Source: Tubiluchus corallicola (lineage: Eukaryota > Animalia > Priapulida). Taken from it: a DNA stretch of 64,000 nucleotides. The stretch's first letter is position 1; the number at the start of each line of letters is the position of its first letter. Of this stretch, positions 1 through 13,700 are shown in pieces. The notes beneath the pieces are model-generated. The model was not told the origin of the DNA, searched no databases, and saw nothing but the letters and a program-made list of their open reading frames with translations. Made by a program: the position numbers and the translations under genes. The stretch covers positions 62,001 through 126,000 of the forward strand of contig JAQGDQ010000013.1 in NCBI GenBank assembly GCA_030141605.1. Reading direction: 5' to 3'.

Positions 1-743
1 ATCAGAGACTGTGCAAAATGCTGAAAAATCATGAGTTTCTACATCTATGTTTATCTTTTTGGATTGCAACCTTTTTATCTGAAATGCTGAAATGTTTGTT
101 TTATTTTAATAAGTTGTCTAATAAATAAATTGAATTTATTTATTTAATTCAATATAAATTTTAATTTAATTACTTTTATATCATGTAATATGATTTAATT
201 TAGAGTGCTTAATTTATTCACGTTAGCGTAAGCAGCACCAATTATTTTGTGCATTACTGTATGAGCATGTAGAGTACCTGTTCCGCTTACTGGGAGTACA
301 GTGCTTGTGTCACCTTTCTGCAGTCTAGGTTTTTCATTTAATTAATAAGATAATTACTAATTGGTACTGGGGCAGTTTATTGAAACAGCAGCAAAGTGAG
401 TAGTATGTCTGCATCTGCACAGCTTATGTCCACCACAGCAAACTGCTTTAGAGAGAATTAATGATACTACTAAACTGTGCATTGCCTTATTGACCATGAA
501 ACATAATCGTTTGGTAAGTTCTTTTTAAAGTGTTTCATGATGTGGAATTTTAAAATTAATACGATTCTATTAAACACAAAATTAGCCTTTTAAAAACTGT
601 GCCTGTTGGGTAGCACAAGAAATGTGTTTTTAGGTGGCAAAGTGAATGAATGAACATGTATCATTTTTTCTTCATAATGAAATAAAAATGCCACCATTCA
701 AGTTTTACATTTTAATAGATTTCAACCTGGTTTTGCTTTGCAG

Positions 744-3700
744 GTAGCAGACACAAGTGTGAAAGCATACCAAGACATTTCTAGCGTTTTTGTTGACAAG
801 AAAACTACGCTGGACACGGTGAACACGTCTCCGAAAGAGGAGTCTAAACTTCTATACGGGACACAAACTACCGCAGCACAGAAACAGTGGCAGCAACGCA
901 GGTAGACAACAACAGCACGAAATGCGTGTCAAATTGAATTTTAAATTAAGCATAACACCATTAAGCTTACTAATGATAGTAACAGCAATAGCCTTACCAA
1001 TATCAATTACATCAGCAATAACAAATGTAACAAAAACAAAGCAATAATCACTACAGTAGCAATAGCTTGACTTTAAACACTGGTATTGTTGTTCTAAAAA
1101 CACGTCATTTTCTGCACCATTGCATGTCTGTGTGTAAACATTGCATACCCAATTTTTAATGCAAATTTAATTCTTTTTAACAAGAATAGTGGCAATTAAT
1201 GAAAAAAAATCCCACAATCTAGAAACAAGGAAAGGGTATGACATGTCACATTGTTGCTATAGTTTTCATTAGGCGAAAGAATAGAAAAGGAGAAAAAAAA
1301 GATCAAATGAAATACTAATATCAATTTTTATGGAGTTTTTCTGCAAAATTAGTATTAGTAATTAATCTACAAAATTAGTATTAGTAATTAATGTGATCTT
1401 TTTTTTGCTTAATTTTTAACATAAAATGAGTACAGCACCAGTTCAAAATGGTCGTGCCCTTTCCTCGTTTGGGATATGTTTCATTAATTCCCACTTTTTT
1501 CCTGGAATTTTCTAGAAAATGAATCCTAGCTGTGACTTTTCATCTGCCCGCTCTCTTGTTTTGCCAAATACAGTTGCTGTCTGTTTGGGTGATTGCAGGC
1601 AATGAACAGATAAATACTTTTTCGATTTTTATGCTTCGGAGACTAGTGTTTTAGTAAATGAGTTTATTATTAAGCAAGCGCGTCTTCATTATAACTAAAA
1701 CAACCATGGAATTTTCCTGGAGTAGCAACGTTCTGCAGTCTTTATATCGGGGAAAATTAGGTGAAACAGCTTTATAGTCCACAGCTTGGCAAATTGGATT
1801 TTATGGGCTGTTACCAATAAAGCCAAGTTAATGTAGCGTCTAATAATTGCAGGACTTGTAATTGTTTCTACAACATTAAACAGTTATGGTTAGTTTCGGT
1901 AGCAAGCAGCATGGTTATTTCCTGTTTGTCAACTAATACATCTTTTATTATTAGTACTGCTATAATAGTAGGACTAGCTGAAAAAGCCAGTGGATTATTT
2001 TATTGGTTCAGTTCCCCAATGTGTTGGAATTCACTGCCAAATGAAAGAATACCAAATTTGGAAACTTACTGTTGTTCCTGGAGGAAACAATTTGCCTTCC
2101 CTGGGCAAATGAATTGTACATTTTTGGGGCAAAAGCTGGTTATTTTCAGGGCCAATAATTCTGTTTTAAAATTTCAAAATTTAATATTTCAATATTCAAA
2201 AGCTGTTTACGTACTGCACCACCTTTTTTAGTGGCAACAATTAGAGAGTTTCTTGTACGACGAATTGTTCTTAAGTTTTAGTAATTTTATAGTTAGTAAT
2301 AGTGCTATCAAATTTAGCTTACTAGTTCATAAATCTAGTTTATACGTTTTTAGATGCATGTGTGTACTGGAAAGGCTATAGACATGTTTGCAGAAGAAAA
2401 ACGTTAACCGTCATCATTATTTCCTTTGAATTTCTGAAACATTATAAAAAGCATATCTGAAAGTATTTGCATGTTTGTTCGTTTGAAACACAAACGTATG
2501 ACTTAAGTCTGGTTAGCTTCAGGATTGTTTTAGTAAAGTTTATAATAATTTGGACTTCTAGCATTTCTGTAGCACCATTATCAGGAGGTCCCTCCACCTC
2601 GTGCATAAGAAACCAAAAGGAATAGATAAAACTATTATAAAACGAAACTTTAATTTTGAGTGAAGAGCACATCTTAATATCCGTTATTCACAGCTCTGAG
2701 GGCCAGAAATGAACAGGGGTACGATTCACGTTGGTTTCTCAATGCGAATGGTATCATTACTCACATCTTTTTCTCCCTTCGCTAATTTGTTAATTTTAAT
2801 TTCGACTTCTGACAATAAGTTTTAGGGCAATTTCCTTCTGCACCTCTTGTGAAACTTGTTCCTGTACGCCTATATTTGTTGATGTTACATCGTGAAATGT
2901 CTGTTTTTATGTCTTTCAATTGCTTTTTCTTTTCTTTCAGGGGAATGGATCCTGACAAGTCAGAGACTCCTTTGTTACATGAAAAGGTCCCTTCACGGGA
3001 AGAAGATGATGGTTGGGGTGATTGGGTCGATGATAACCCTTTCAAGCGACAAACCAGCGAAGGTTGGGGCTCTAATCAAGCACAGTGGGGCTCAAAAGGC
3101 AGTCGAAACAGTTCATGGGATGACAAGGATTGGGGACAAGATGATTGGAAAGGTGAATTAATCACCTGTTGAGTGATACTTATTTTTTGCGCAGTCATTT
3201 AGTCTGTCATTGAAAAGCATAAGAAGTTCAAAGGTCAGATCAACTTGCTAAATAGCTGGGAGTGGCCACTGTGTGTTGTTAATGATCAAATGAATAGGTG
3301 ACTGTAGCTATCACTTACAGGGTTCAGTACTCCTAGACAGTTTTGTTCATCATACTACGTTTTGCTATTTCTTTCGTTGAGGGAGGGTATGGCTAAGACA
3401 CCTTTGCTGGTTTTGTGTTGGAACATTATTCGTGATAGTAAGGCTAAGGCCCGCTCCTGTCATAACCATCCAATAGTAAGTACTTATAAAGGCGAGTGGG
3501 CATAAATATGGGAGCTGTGTAAAATAATTAATACATAGATAGAATTTGTTTTTGTCTGGAAGGCTACTTTAAATGCAGTATACAATGTTATACCTTTGAA
3601 GAATGTTGATTTTTCCTTAAGCGTTTGGATTCTGCATTAAGTTGAATGGGTGCAAATGTATGCGTTGGCTAAAGGATATGAAGAGAAGCATTGAAGATGA

Positions 3701-4161
3701 AGATTAAAAATATCCTATAATTTGACTTTTTTTACCATCAATTGCCCTAGTTGAACCCAGATACAAGCCAATTGTTAGTATCTTTAATACAGCTTAGAAA
3801 ATGAGTTTATATTTATACATATACTTATTCATAGATTTGTGGGTTTGTTAAAGTTTTCATCTACTGTAGGTTGTATGCAGTTGTCAATATACAGTTACAA
3901 GGTTGTTTATCTTTTTCAGACGATCACAATGATTGGAATGAAGATGGTGGCTCCACCTGTAAAAAGCAACAGAAAAATCTGGTAAAGAAAACCGATTACA
4001 AGCCGGCAAAAAATAAGCAGCAAAATGAAAGTGAAAATTTACTCATTGATTTTGATGAGAAAGATAACAAACCCTCGTCAGGCGGCTGGAACGATTGGGA
4101 GGATGACGAGGAAGCTTGGGCCAGTCTAAGCAATGGTCGGTCGAAAGGAAAACACGACTGA
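744..4161 (+). CDS. 3' part of a probable ADP-ribosylation factor GTPase-activating protein 1 (ArfGAP1-like); exons 744-901, 2941-3152, 3920-4161; 5' end lies before the window
   Basis: Three AG/GT-bounded exons join with compatible phases (VADTSVKAYQDISSVF... / RGMDPDKSETPLL...WGDW...DDWK / D...LLIDFD...GGWNDWEDDEEAWASL...KHD*). The acidic, Trp-repeat low-complexity tail resembles invertebrate ArfGAP1 C-termini. The GAP domain is not in the window, so identity is tentative. Confidence 0.55.
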
Positions 4162-7100
4162 ACTCGTTATTAGTGTGTATTAATTATGTAATAATAATTG
4201 TGATTAGTATTTATTACTGGTTATGAAACGTGTTTGAGAAGTTGCATTTAGTATCTTATCGCTGATAATAATCAGTTGTTTAGATACAGAGCGACCTTAG
4301 AATGCATAGGTGTTTTCTGTTTTTGAACATTTTATGCAAATTGTAGTGCTTATTACTTTAATGCTTTGCCCTCTTAAATTCACATCTTGAAACTAGTAAA
4401 TCTTAACACAAATTTCTCACTCTAAATAAGAATTTGGAGATAAGTCTTTGAGTAGCTAACTACTGGTAATTAAAAACAATATTTTAAATGCTGTTGCTTG
4501 CATTTCTGGGTAGATAGTATAGGTAGTGGCTTTTTAGATAAATCTAGTTTTTTTCATCGGATCTCTGGCATTAGTAAATTACAAAGTACTTCAGTATGGA
4601 AGACAGGTCAACCTGCACAAGATGCCTATTTACTTTCCCTTGTTATTTATGACAAATTTATTATAGTTATTGCTCGTACATTTTGTTTTTGTCAAGAAAA
4701 AAAATGGTTAAGATGTCCCTGTTGCAGCCACGTGATAGTGATGAAAGCTTTCTTCAATACCAGTTTTGTTGGTATATACATTCCAATGCTTAATAAGCTT
4801 GTTTCTACTTTTTGTGCCGATTTATTTCACTTCATATTTTATAAATGAGTATTTTTGGTGATTATTACGGATGCTTCAGTTAGTTTGTGCTTTTATGTCT
4901 GTATACATTTCTCGCTTTATAAATCGGTCTTCCATTAGTATTATTTGTGTACGTAAATATGATTTAAGAGGTAGCTCATGTTTTAAAAAGTAATGTATCT
5001 GAATTTAGTATACAAATATCAAATGTGTGTGTTTCGTGGAAGGCACTGTTGATAAATTGCTTACAGTTCCAATAGGAGATTTCCAGAGGAGTCTAACATT
5101 GAAAGCGTATTTTAGTAACTTACCTTATGTTGCATTACTGATTTCTTTTTTTGAATGCAGTACTTTATCCAAAGAAATCGGGACCTAACTGGTAACTATC
5201 TGTAAACAGTCCCCTCTCACAAATGCCGTTTGAAACTGTTAATTGCTGAACTACATGGTGCAGTGTATCTACTTCTTTTGAAAAAACTAGTTATGCATAA
5301 TTTGCCTGTGAGATAGAATTTAATAAAGTGTGTGTAGGTTGTGTGGCCTTAATGACTCTGTGGTGTTTTGATTTCACTTCCATGAATGAGTTGTGAAACC
5401 ATAATGGAATTGAGCTTGTCTGTTGATTATTGTACAGGGAATCATCCTTAATCCTTACTTATTTGCTAAGACTTTAGCGAAAGCAGCACAAGTGTTTTAG
5501 ATGCTAATGCTAGTCTATTTTATTATGTAAATACCTTAATGGGTCAGTATAGGTAGGTAGATAAAATGCAGAAGTGATGTACACATCAAGAGAAAGTTGC
5601 ACATTTCTAAACTTGAAAATCTTAACTAAGCCCATGCCTAGCTACATTTTAAATAATGCAAATGTATAATAATGTTATTTATTGATAAATAAAGCTTGAA
5701 TGTGGTGTGGTCAAATCTGCCCTCTCGTAACGCCATATGCTGTTGGTAAACCAAAGTACAAAAGCACCTGCAGTTAAAGACGTAATATGTACAGCGAGAT
5801 ACTGTTGTAATTTATCCTTAACTAATAAAGTGTTTTAAATGTTAATATTTTGTTTGTGGTTATCATTATTTACAAGTGCTCAAGTACCAGAGTGCATATT
5901 ATTCAAATCACACGCATACTTTCAGCAAGAATAATCTTCGTTTAGGCCACTTACTGATTTCTAAATACCTAACTCAAGCTACTGTGATTAGAACAGAAAA
6001 CAGTTAGTTTTTGCGTTCCATTTTCACTTGAAAGGCAGTCTTTTTTATGTAGTGTTTGGTATCAGTACAGTGCAGGCATTAGCCCAAGTAGTAACGCTAG
6101 TGGTTGTAACAGGACTGGAATCAGCTTGTCCATAGACTTCACTCAAACACTTTAGTGTCTCAAGAACAAACCCCTGAATTCCCTGAACAAAAATATTAGC
6201 ATGTTTACAAGATAGAACAACCTGTTACTTGGCACCACCCCAAGACTTGTCAAGGCCAGTGTTCACTCAATTTATTTTTTATACCAGATTTTAAATGTCG
6301 TGCTACACTTGCGAATATTCTGTTTATGGTTAACAGTTTCTTAATAGTGACGACAATGTCTATATCTTTCTCAAAAGAAAGAATTAATAATAAAATACAA
6401 AATATAATAAAAATAGAATGAAATATTCACGGGTATCAGTACAGTCTTTATGTGACTTTAATAAGCAAAGATATATTTTTGCGATTGATGCAATTATGAT
6501 TTATCAAATGGGATTGATGAACAAACTGTTAACACTCTGGTGTATTTACAGTGCATTTTCTGACTCTGACCTCTTAGCAGAATAAATGTGGATTTTGGGA
6601 CGTTGTTACACTTTGAACTTCAGTATTGGTTCAAACTGATGGCAATAAATAACTTGTACATCAGACTGTTTCAGAAATTCAGACTGAATTTGATGTACAA
6701 GTGCTGCATTCCTTGCAAGTCCTTATAAAGTATTTACTAATTACTACATACACATGACATGTACCAGTATCCAAATTACAGTAAGGACTCATTTCAAATC
6801 TAACTTATAAAATTAGTAAATTATGAATGGTGAAGTAATTAATGCTAGTGCTATTGACTTTACAGTATAGCTTTACAGTGAAACAGTGATGCAGTCATGT
6901 AGCTTTACAGTGAAACAGAGGTAACTACAAGGATACGACTATCACACAATTTTTAGAAAGCTATTTTAATTGGCTGTAATTGCTAAATTAACAACACATC
7001 ACTAGAGAGTTATGATACATTATAGCAGCTCAGGCACATTTATTTTAAGAATTAGGGTAAATTTATAGTTGTACTATTACTACTTAGAAAAATCACACAT

Positions 7101-7394
7101 GGTGAGTATTTCAGACTGTAGCGTCATTATTACCAAGCTGTATAACAGAAAAGTTTACAAACCTTTCACATGTAGTACTAACAGTACTACAAAAAGTTCA
7201 CGAAATTATTTAATATTCTAACTGGTACACTTTAAAAAGCCTAGTTATCCCTGAGTTTAAAGTTTCAACATTAACTTGATCCCAAGTTCTAATATAAAAT
7301 CTAAAAAATTTAAATATAACAAAACTACATTCTATTGAACCCGTCAATCCAAGACAGTCATTTATAAAAAACTGTCATAAGTCACATGTAACTG

Positions 7395-8237
7395 CTAAGG
7401 TTTTTCTCCTACAGCAAGTCTTTTATTGATATCTTCCACCACTAAGGGTAACTCAGCTATGCTATCAATCACATAGTGTGAACCAGCCTTACGTAGAAGC
7501 TCTCGGGAAACTTCTGTCCGCCTCTTGATCTCTGTTTTTGGAATCTTGTCCTCCTCTTCCAAACTATTAATGTTCATGTAGTTGCTGTATCGAGCGACAC
7601 CAACACCCCAACACCCGGCTTCTAGAGCTTCTCCTACTCCACTCACAGTGTCATCGACTTTAACCACAGCCTGCACAGGATGCACATCCAGTAGATCCAT
7701 GTTTTTAAAGACCATGAATGGTTTGGGCCTGGCTCCATTCACCACCTCATCTCCAGCCACTGTACAATCAAAATGAAGCCCTTGTTCTGCAGCAGCTTCT
7801 TCCAGTATGTCAACCATTGATCTAACAAAACCTGTTGTGCTCCCTATCTTCAGTCCGTGCTTATCACGCAGTACTTTCACAGCCTCTGCAGCACCTGGAA
7901 TGAGTGCAGTGTATTTGTGAAGACAGGACAGCTGCATGGGGACAAAATCTGCAAACATGCGATCCACATCACTCTGATCCGGAAATTTTCCATGGACCTT
8001 TTTCCAGCGTTCCCGTAGGTCAGGCATTTCAGTGATTTTTTTTATGTGCAAGTCTTTGCGCAGACCCATGGGTTCCCGAGCTTCCAGCATTGTTATGGGA
8101 ACATTCTGCTTGGCAAATACTTCTACAAAAACCACAGCAGGTGCAATCACATACTTGTCTGCAGTTGTGCCACTCCAGTCCAAAATGCAAGCTTTTAACG
8201 GGCCATAATAGTTACGGAGGTAGCGATAATTTGCCAT
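7395..8237 (-). CDS. phnX: Phosphonoacetaldehyde hydrolase (phosphonatase, HAD superfamily); coding core in a single exon
   Basis: Motif I ILDWSGTTAD (PhnX-type DW[A/S]GT), cap motif PMGLRKDLHI with the Schiff-base Lys, GSTTGF, ARPKPFM and motif IV VKVDDT...GCWGVGV...AGSHYVIDSI. Likely start is MANYRY at 8237. A polypyrimidine/AG acceptor at 8264-8265 suggests the longer ORF start at 8342 is intronic. Confidence 0.92.
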   Translation of the reverse strand: MANYRYLRNYYGPLKACILDWSGTTADKYVIAPAVVFVEVFAKQNVPITMLEAREPMGLRKDLHIKKITEMPDLRERWKKVHGKFPDQSDVDRMFADFVPMQLSCLHKYTALIPGAAEAVKVLRDKHGLKIGSTTGFVRSMVDILEEAAAEQGLHFDCTVAGDEVVNGARPKPFMVFKNMDLLDVHPVQAVVKVDDTVSGVGEALEAGCWGVGVARYSNYMNINSLEEEDKIPKTEIKRRTEVSRELLRKAGSHYVIDSIAELPLVVEDINKRLAVGEKP

Positions 8238-10778
8238 GTTAACTCTTTCCCTCTCTAAGATAGCTGAATAAAAATAAGCAAAATTATAGATTGACAATGG
8301 ATGCATAAGCATTATTTTATATTTTACTTGTGCACACAACAAGCTGCTAGACCGCTTAATGATTAGGCCAACTTAACATAGATGCCCGACCAAAGTGTCG
8401 AGACCAATTCTCATAAATATGCCTCTAAGATGAGAAACTAAACTGGCAGAACTAGCTGTTTATGCATTCCTCCTGCAACAAAATAAGCAAAGCAAGCCGG
8501 TTTGTAGAACTGCGCTGAAGCGATTTTCTGGGTGGTAACCTAGCTGCAGCATTGGTTAACGTCGGGCTGTCGTAAACACACCCAGTGACCAAGTCCCCTC
8601 ATCCTTAAAATTCACAAGATATCAGCAAAAAATATTCATTCTGTTTTCATATCGTTATTTAGTAAAATACCTTAAATCTTAACCTATAGCACGGAACAAT
8701 CTACCCTAAAAAAAATATTGAAACATCACATCCTATTTTTGAGCAATGACTTACGAAAAAGAACCATTACCACAGCAACGTAATGTCGCAGCTAGTTCTT
8801 TGCTGTTACATGCATTTCGTCATTCAGAGCTAGATGGGTACTAGCAACTGTATCTCAGAAACGTATTTGCGCAAAAAACAGGTGCTGCACCTCATAGCTC
8901 AGAGGTGTTCAATTGTGATGTGGGGCACACATTTGAGAGTACACAAATGAACATAGCACTAAACTTGAAATTCGAGTTTTTGTATATCATACTGAATATT
9001 TGAGCAGTGCTGTACTTCAATTTTCGCTTTTGCAAACATATGCAACATGCTCATGGAATGTTTATGCTGTTGAAAATCATGTTCATTTGTGATGTCATCG
9101 GGAGATGGGCTCGCCTGTTGTGATTACGTTTGTAACCTATTATTTAATTATCAGAAACGGTTTGGCATTATTATAGGTCTCAAGACTTCCTTATAAAAAA
9201 CATTCATAAACAATAATTTAGCTTACCTGTGACGTAATATATACATGTTTAGAAGTCACTAATTCATAATTTACCATTAATCATAACTGCTCTCCGAAAC
9301 ACTATATGTATAGCATGTACATGAAATTGCAAACTTTGCGTTACAATACTGCAAAAACAAAGTCTTTAAATTCACTAAATAAGCGTGTTAGTTTGTAATG
9401 CTTGACAACCTTATTAGTAGTAAAAGCATGCTCAGAAATCGTAAACTGAAATTTTTAAATACTTACAAGATAATTATTATCACATACACCAGCCAAAATG
9501 ACCGGTTGCTTGCGCACTGCTAAACAGGTATAACCTTAAATACAGGTGTAACGCAGATTTGTTTACATGTTACCGGTACAGAGCTTAGTTTATATAGTAA
9601 ACTGCAATTTAGCGCCATCTGTACGTAGAAAAGTCAAACAAACGACGAAAAATGCTATAAGACTTGTATTTAAACCGTTGCCGAAAAAAATACAAATTAT
9701 TGTACAAAAAATATCAATTATGCGGCGCCCAATACATCAGTGTCATACAATACACAAAATGACAATTAATAGTCTAGTATTAGATATTTAAAATTCACAA
9801 AAGAGAACTTGGACATCATAGTGAAGTCATTCATCATCAAGTCACCAAGTGTCAGGGTTAGCAAAGAAATAGTATGTATACATTATGTATACAGCAAATT
9901 CATGTACACATTATATCAAGACAGACATACGTTGTGCACCAGCACATTCCTGGTTCTAAAAAATACGTAGAAAACTAACTAAGGAAAAAATAAGACTACT
10001 TTCATAAGAATGAGTTAAGCACAAAGAAAATATGTTTATCGACATGGCAAGTCAGTAGACATTACAGAACCAAACACTTGACGAATTTTTTTCTAATAGG
10101 CCTGCACGAGCGATACTTTCAGTGAAATTGAATACATAGTCCTATTCTTTCAAAAGCATATGCAAGACAGTCCATATAAATTAAAGTCACAAAAGTAAAA
10201 AAATGGACATTGATTTTAGAGCAATACCCTTTGCAATAGTCTGAAATTAAAGAGAGCCACTGTCTCAATGTTTGTGCTTCAGTCCAGTTTAAGCACAAAG
10301 TTACAGCTTTGTTAATTGTGCAATAAGTACAGCATACGCATATTACAACTTTATCGTGTCAACAACTTTAAAAAAAATATGGACTCAGTCACTGTTTCTT
10401 AATACCTTTTTAAATTGTAAAAAATACAAAAAAGACCCAGTAAGCCAATATACTCACTACTTCAGGATTGGCAATTAAACTTTTAACAAAGCCTTATGTC
10501 AGCAATAAAAATTTTGCACAAAAGTAAAGTCCAGTTAAACTTGTTAGTATTTTCGCAAACTCATAGCGGCTCACAACAAAATCAGTATGCTTATACAGTA
10601 GCTGATGATATATCTTGGTAGCATTCGGTATGCTCATTGCACATATACAATTTTTCTAGGCATGGTCACTTATCATCCACAGTTCACCATTGATGTAGTT
10701 TTTTTTATACATAGTCATTCTTCATCCCTAGTTCATTGTGCACATACATAGACATTTACCATCCACAGCTGTAGTTAT

Positions 10779-13700
10779 TCACCAGTAAAACGATTTTGAG
10801 AAGAAATTTGCAGCAGCACTAAACCATCCATTTGATTCGTTCTCCGTCTCTCCATGTCTAGATATTGCTTTTTCTCTAACAGGACTGTCATCTTCGGGTA
10901 AATACGGAGGTAAATCACTATTCTCTTTCTCGGCAAGTTTCTGCATGTCGAATGATATGAGCACCTAACAAAATACAATTGCAAGTACATTATTAAAACC
11001 CTAAAACGCTTTTGTTACTATTACAATTACTAACACAAATCATTATGAACTAGTTTTTAATTGTACCAGTGTCCTACCAAAAGTGCCTAAAAACACATTA
11101 ATTAAGTACTCTCTACTCTATTGATCCACCAGGCAAAGAGCTAATTGACTTGTTTTGTAAGTACAAGAAAATGGCAACATTGACACATATAGCAAATTAT
11201 ATGAACAATGTAAGTTCTACACCAAAATGGAATTTATTGTTGACAGGTTTCGAACAAACTGTTCATTGTCAAGGCATCTAAAACAAAGAAATTTACCAGA
11301 ATTTAGAAACAACATCGAAATGCAATTCAGTAGTTAGACAGCCAAAAGACATATGATATAACATTATATATTGACAGTTCTGTCGCTACTAACATATTTG
11401 TTTGTTTCTTTCTGGAGTCTAGTACAGTTTCATACCAATCAAGATATGTAATCTGCGAGGTAAATTGTTAAATTATCTATATGATGTTATATCATATATC
11501 TTTTGGCTATTTAACTACTGAATTGCATTTCGATGTTGTTTCTAAATTCTGGTAAATTTCTTTGTTTTAGAAGCCATGACAATGAACAATTTGTTCGAAA
11601 CTGGCTGGCAATAAATTCAATTTTGGTGTAGTTTCATCTATTTGCCAAATATGGATAATTCAATGTAATTTCTACATACCTCTTCACCATTTTCAGTCTT
11701 GATAACTTGCTCTGCAGTCATTATTTTTGTCCTACCAATAGCTCTTGCTAATGTCTAGAAAATGCCAAAAAAAACTGATATCATAACCCATACACTAGTA
11801 TAAATTCATTTATTTGACTATTTAAAATATGTTAGTTATCATTAATATACTTACATCAGGCTTCACATCCGTTCTTGCTCTAATGATGCTGCGTTTTTTC
11901 GTGAAATCAAATGTGATGCTAATGACACCTTTCACTTTCAGTAGCTGTTGTTCACAAATCCTGCGATGATCCTAGACAAATAATATGCTTTCATGAGATA
12001 AGACAACATTTGTTCTAGTATAACAGTACAATGATCGAACAAAATCTCGTAACTACAAGATTTATACTGTTGGCGAACATTGAAAACAACAACAAATTAA
12101 CTAATATTGCAAAAGCTTTCCTTTTCAATTGCTTAAATTGTTTTACCAACCAAATTTAAATAGAATGCATTACTAACATCACCGAGTTTACTATTTAAAA
12201 TATCATATTTTATACCCATAGTTTACGTAAATCAAAGATCAATAGTAGGAATGACATTAATTTATTTATATTATTCACTGAATATTATATTATTATTTAT
12301 ATTAATATTATATTATATTAATATTTATATTATTTATTTTTGATGTTAACAGGTTTTATTGACCGAAGTTATTGGACTACTTTAACATTTAACAGGTCAA
12401 GATCAGTTTCTAACATTTATGCCTTACGTGGTTTATAAGTGAGAAAAAATGTCTAACACACATATATGTATATACATACTACATACATACATACATACTA
12501 TAAATATATATATATATCGTGTGTGTGTATGTATGTATAGATCATCGCAAAGTATTTTTAATGTAAGCAACAGAATTCACTTTTAATGTTGCTGTTTCAA
12601 GAAAGTGCACGCTTTTTCTTTCTTCCCAGCTCACCCGACAGAAATCTTCATTTTGCTTGTAAATTTTGATGTCTCCTGGTATAGTCGTGTCGCTGTAATA
12701 TCCTTTTTTCTTTCCGTATACATGAACATTGTCTGTTACACACTGCCTCCAATGCAAAATCCTTTTAGTCGGTAAAATTATCATTCAAATTCTTGCACCG
12801 AGCTTTTCTGTTCTGTTTAACATTCTCACTTTCTCCAGACACGGACATACTTTTGTATGATTTTAATCCCACTTGTTTTGTCATCCGCTGTATGGATTTT
12901 TAGCTAACACCTAGACTATGCGCAATTTGTTGTTCTGACTTATCACGAGTAACAGGCATGTGCCCTCTTCTATGTAGTCCCGAGTTGCTGGGGTGAATGC
13001 TGCTCTTGGTTGGCCACTTCCAGGTTACCTCTAATGTCTTCAATATCTCTTATCTTTTTTTATTATCCTGTTCACGTAAGTCTTGTTACAATTTTTGCCG
13101 GGGAGCTCTTTACAAATTCGCATGCCTCCCATTTTTTCCTGATAGCAAATATTTATGAGTACTTTATATTCTTTGGTAAACACCACATTGTAATTTGTGC
13201 AAACTGGTTGACTGTTGACTTCTCCAATCTTCATTGTTTTGCTGCCATTCTATTGAGTACTTTATACGTCAACATGACTGTTTTTCAATTGATGATTAGC
13301 TACTACTACTAAAACTATAAACTTCTAACTTTCACAGACAAAAGGCCATATATTATAATACTATACCGTTAAATTTCAACTTTGTAGGCCAAAAATTTCT
13401 AATGTTATTGCAGTCTAAACTTTGACATGTTTTTTCTGCATCACATGATATATATATATATATATAGGCTTTTATGCTCAACTTTCTGTTGGTTTAAACA
13501 ATATTTTCTTTATTAGTCACACCATGTTATATTAGGACAAATTACAGAGCTTCCACACAAAAAATTGCACTAATATGGCTAACAGGGATTTAAAGATCCC
13601 TATATTAAATTCCTCTCACGAAATTTACTGTTCAGGAAGTGACAAAGCAACTTTCCTTTGCTTCTTCTCTGAGATCACTAGAACACAAACCGAGTGTTAA

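Noticed and set aside
4498-4848. 116-aa ORF downstream of the ArfGAP1-like gene
   Set aside because: No recognisable motif, non-ATG start, and it lies in the presumptive 3' UTR.
7395-8237. phnX as bacterial contamination or part of a phn operon
   Set aside because: There is no phnW, regulator or transporter nearby; the flanks are AT-rich host-like DNA with splice and poly(A) signals.
8238-8342. N-terminal extension of the PhnX ORF (MLCAQVK...)
   Set aside because: It starts at a non-ATG codon in AT-rich sequence and crosses a strong splice acceptor at 8264, so it is most likely intronic.
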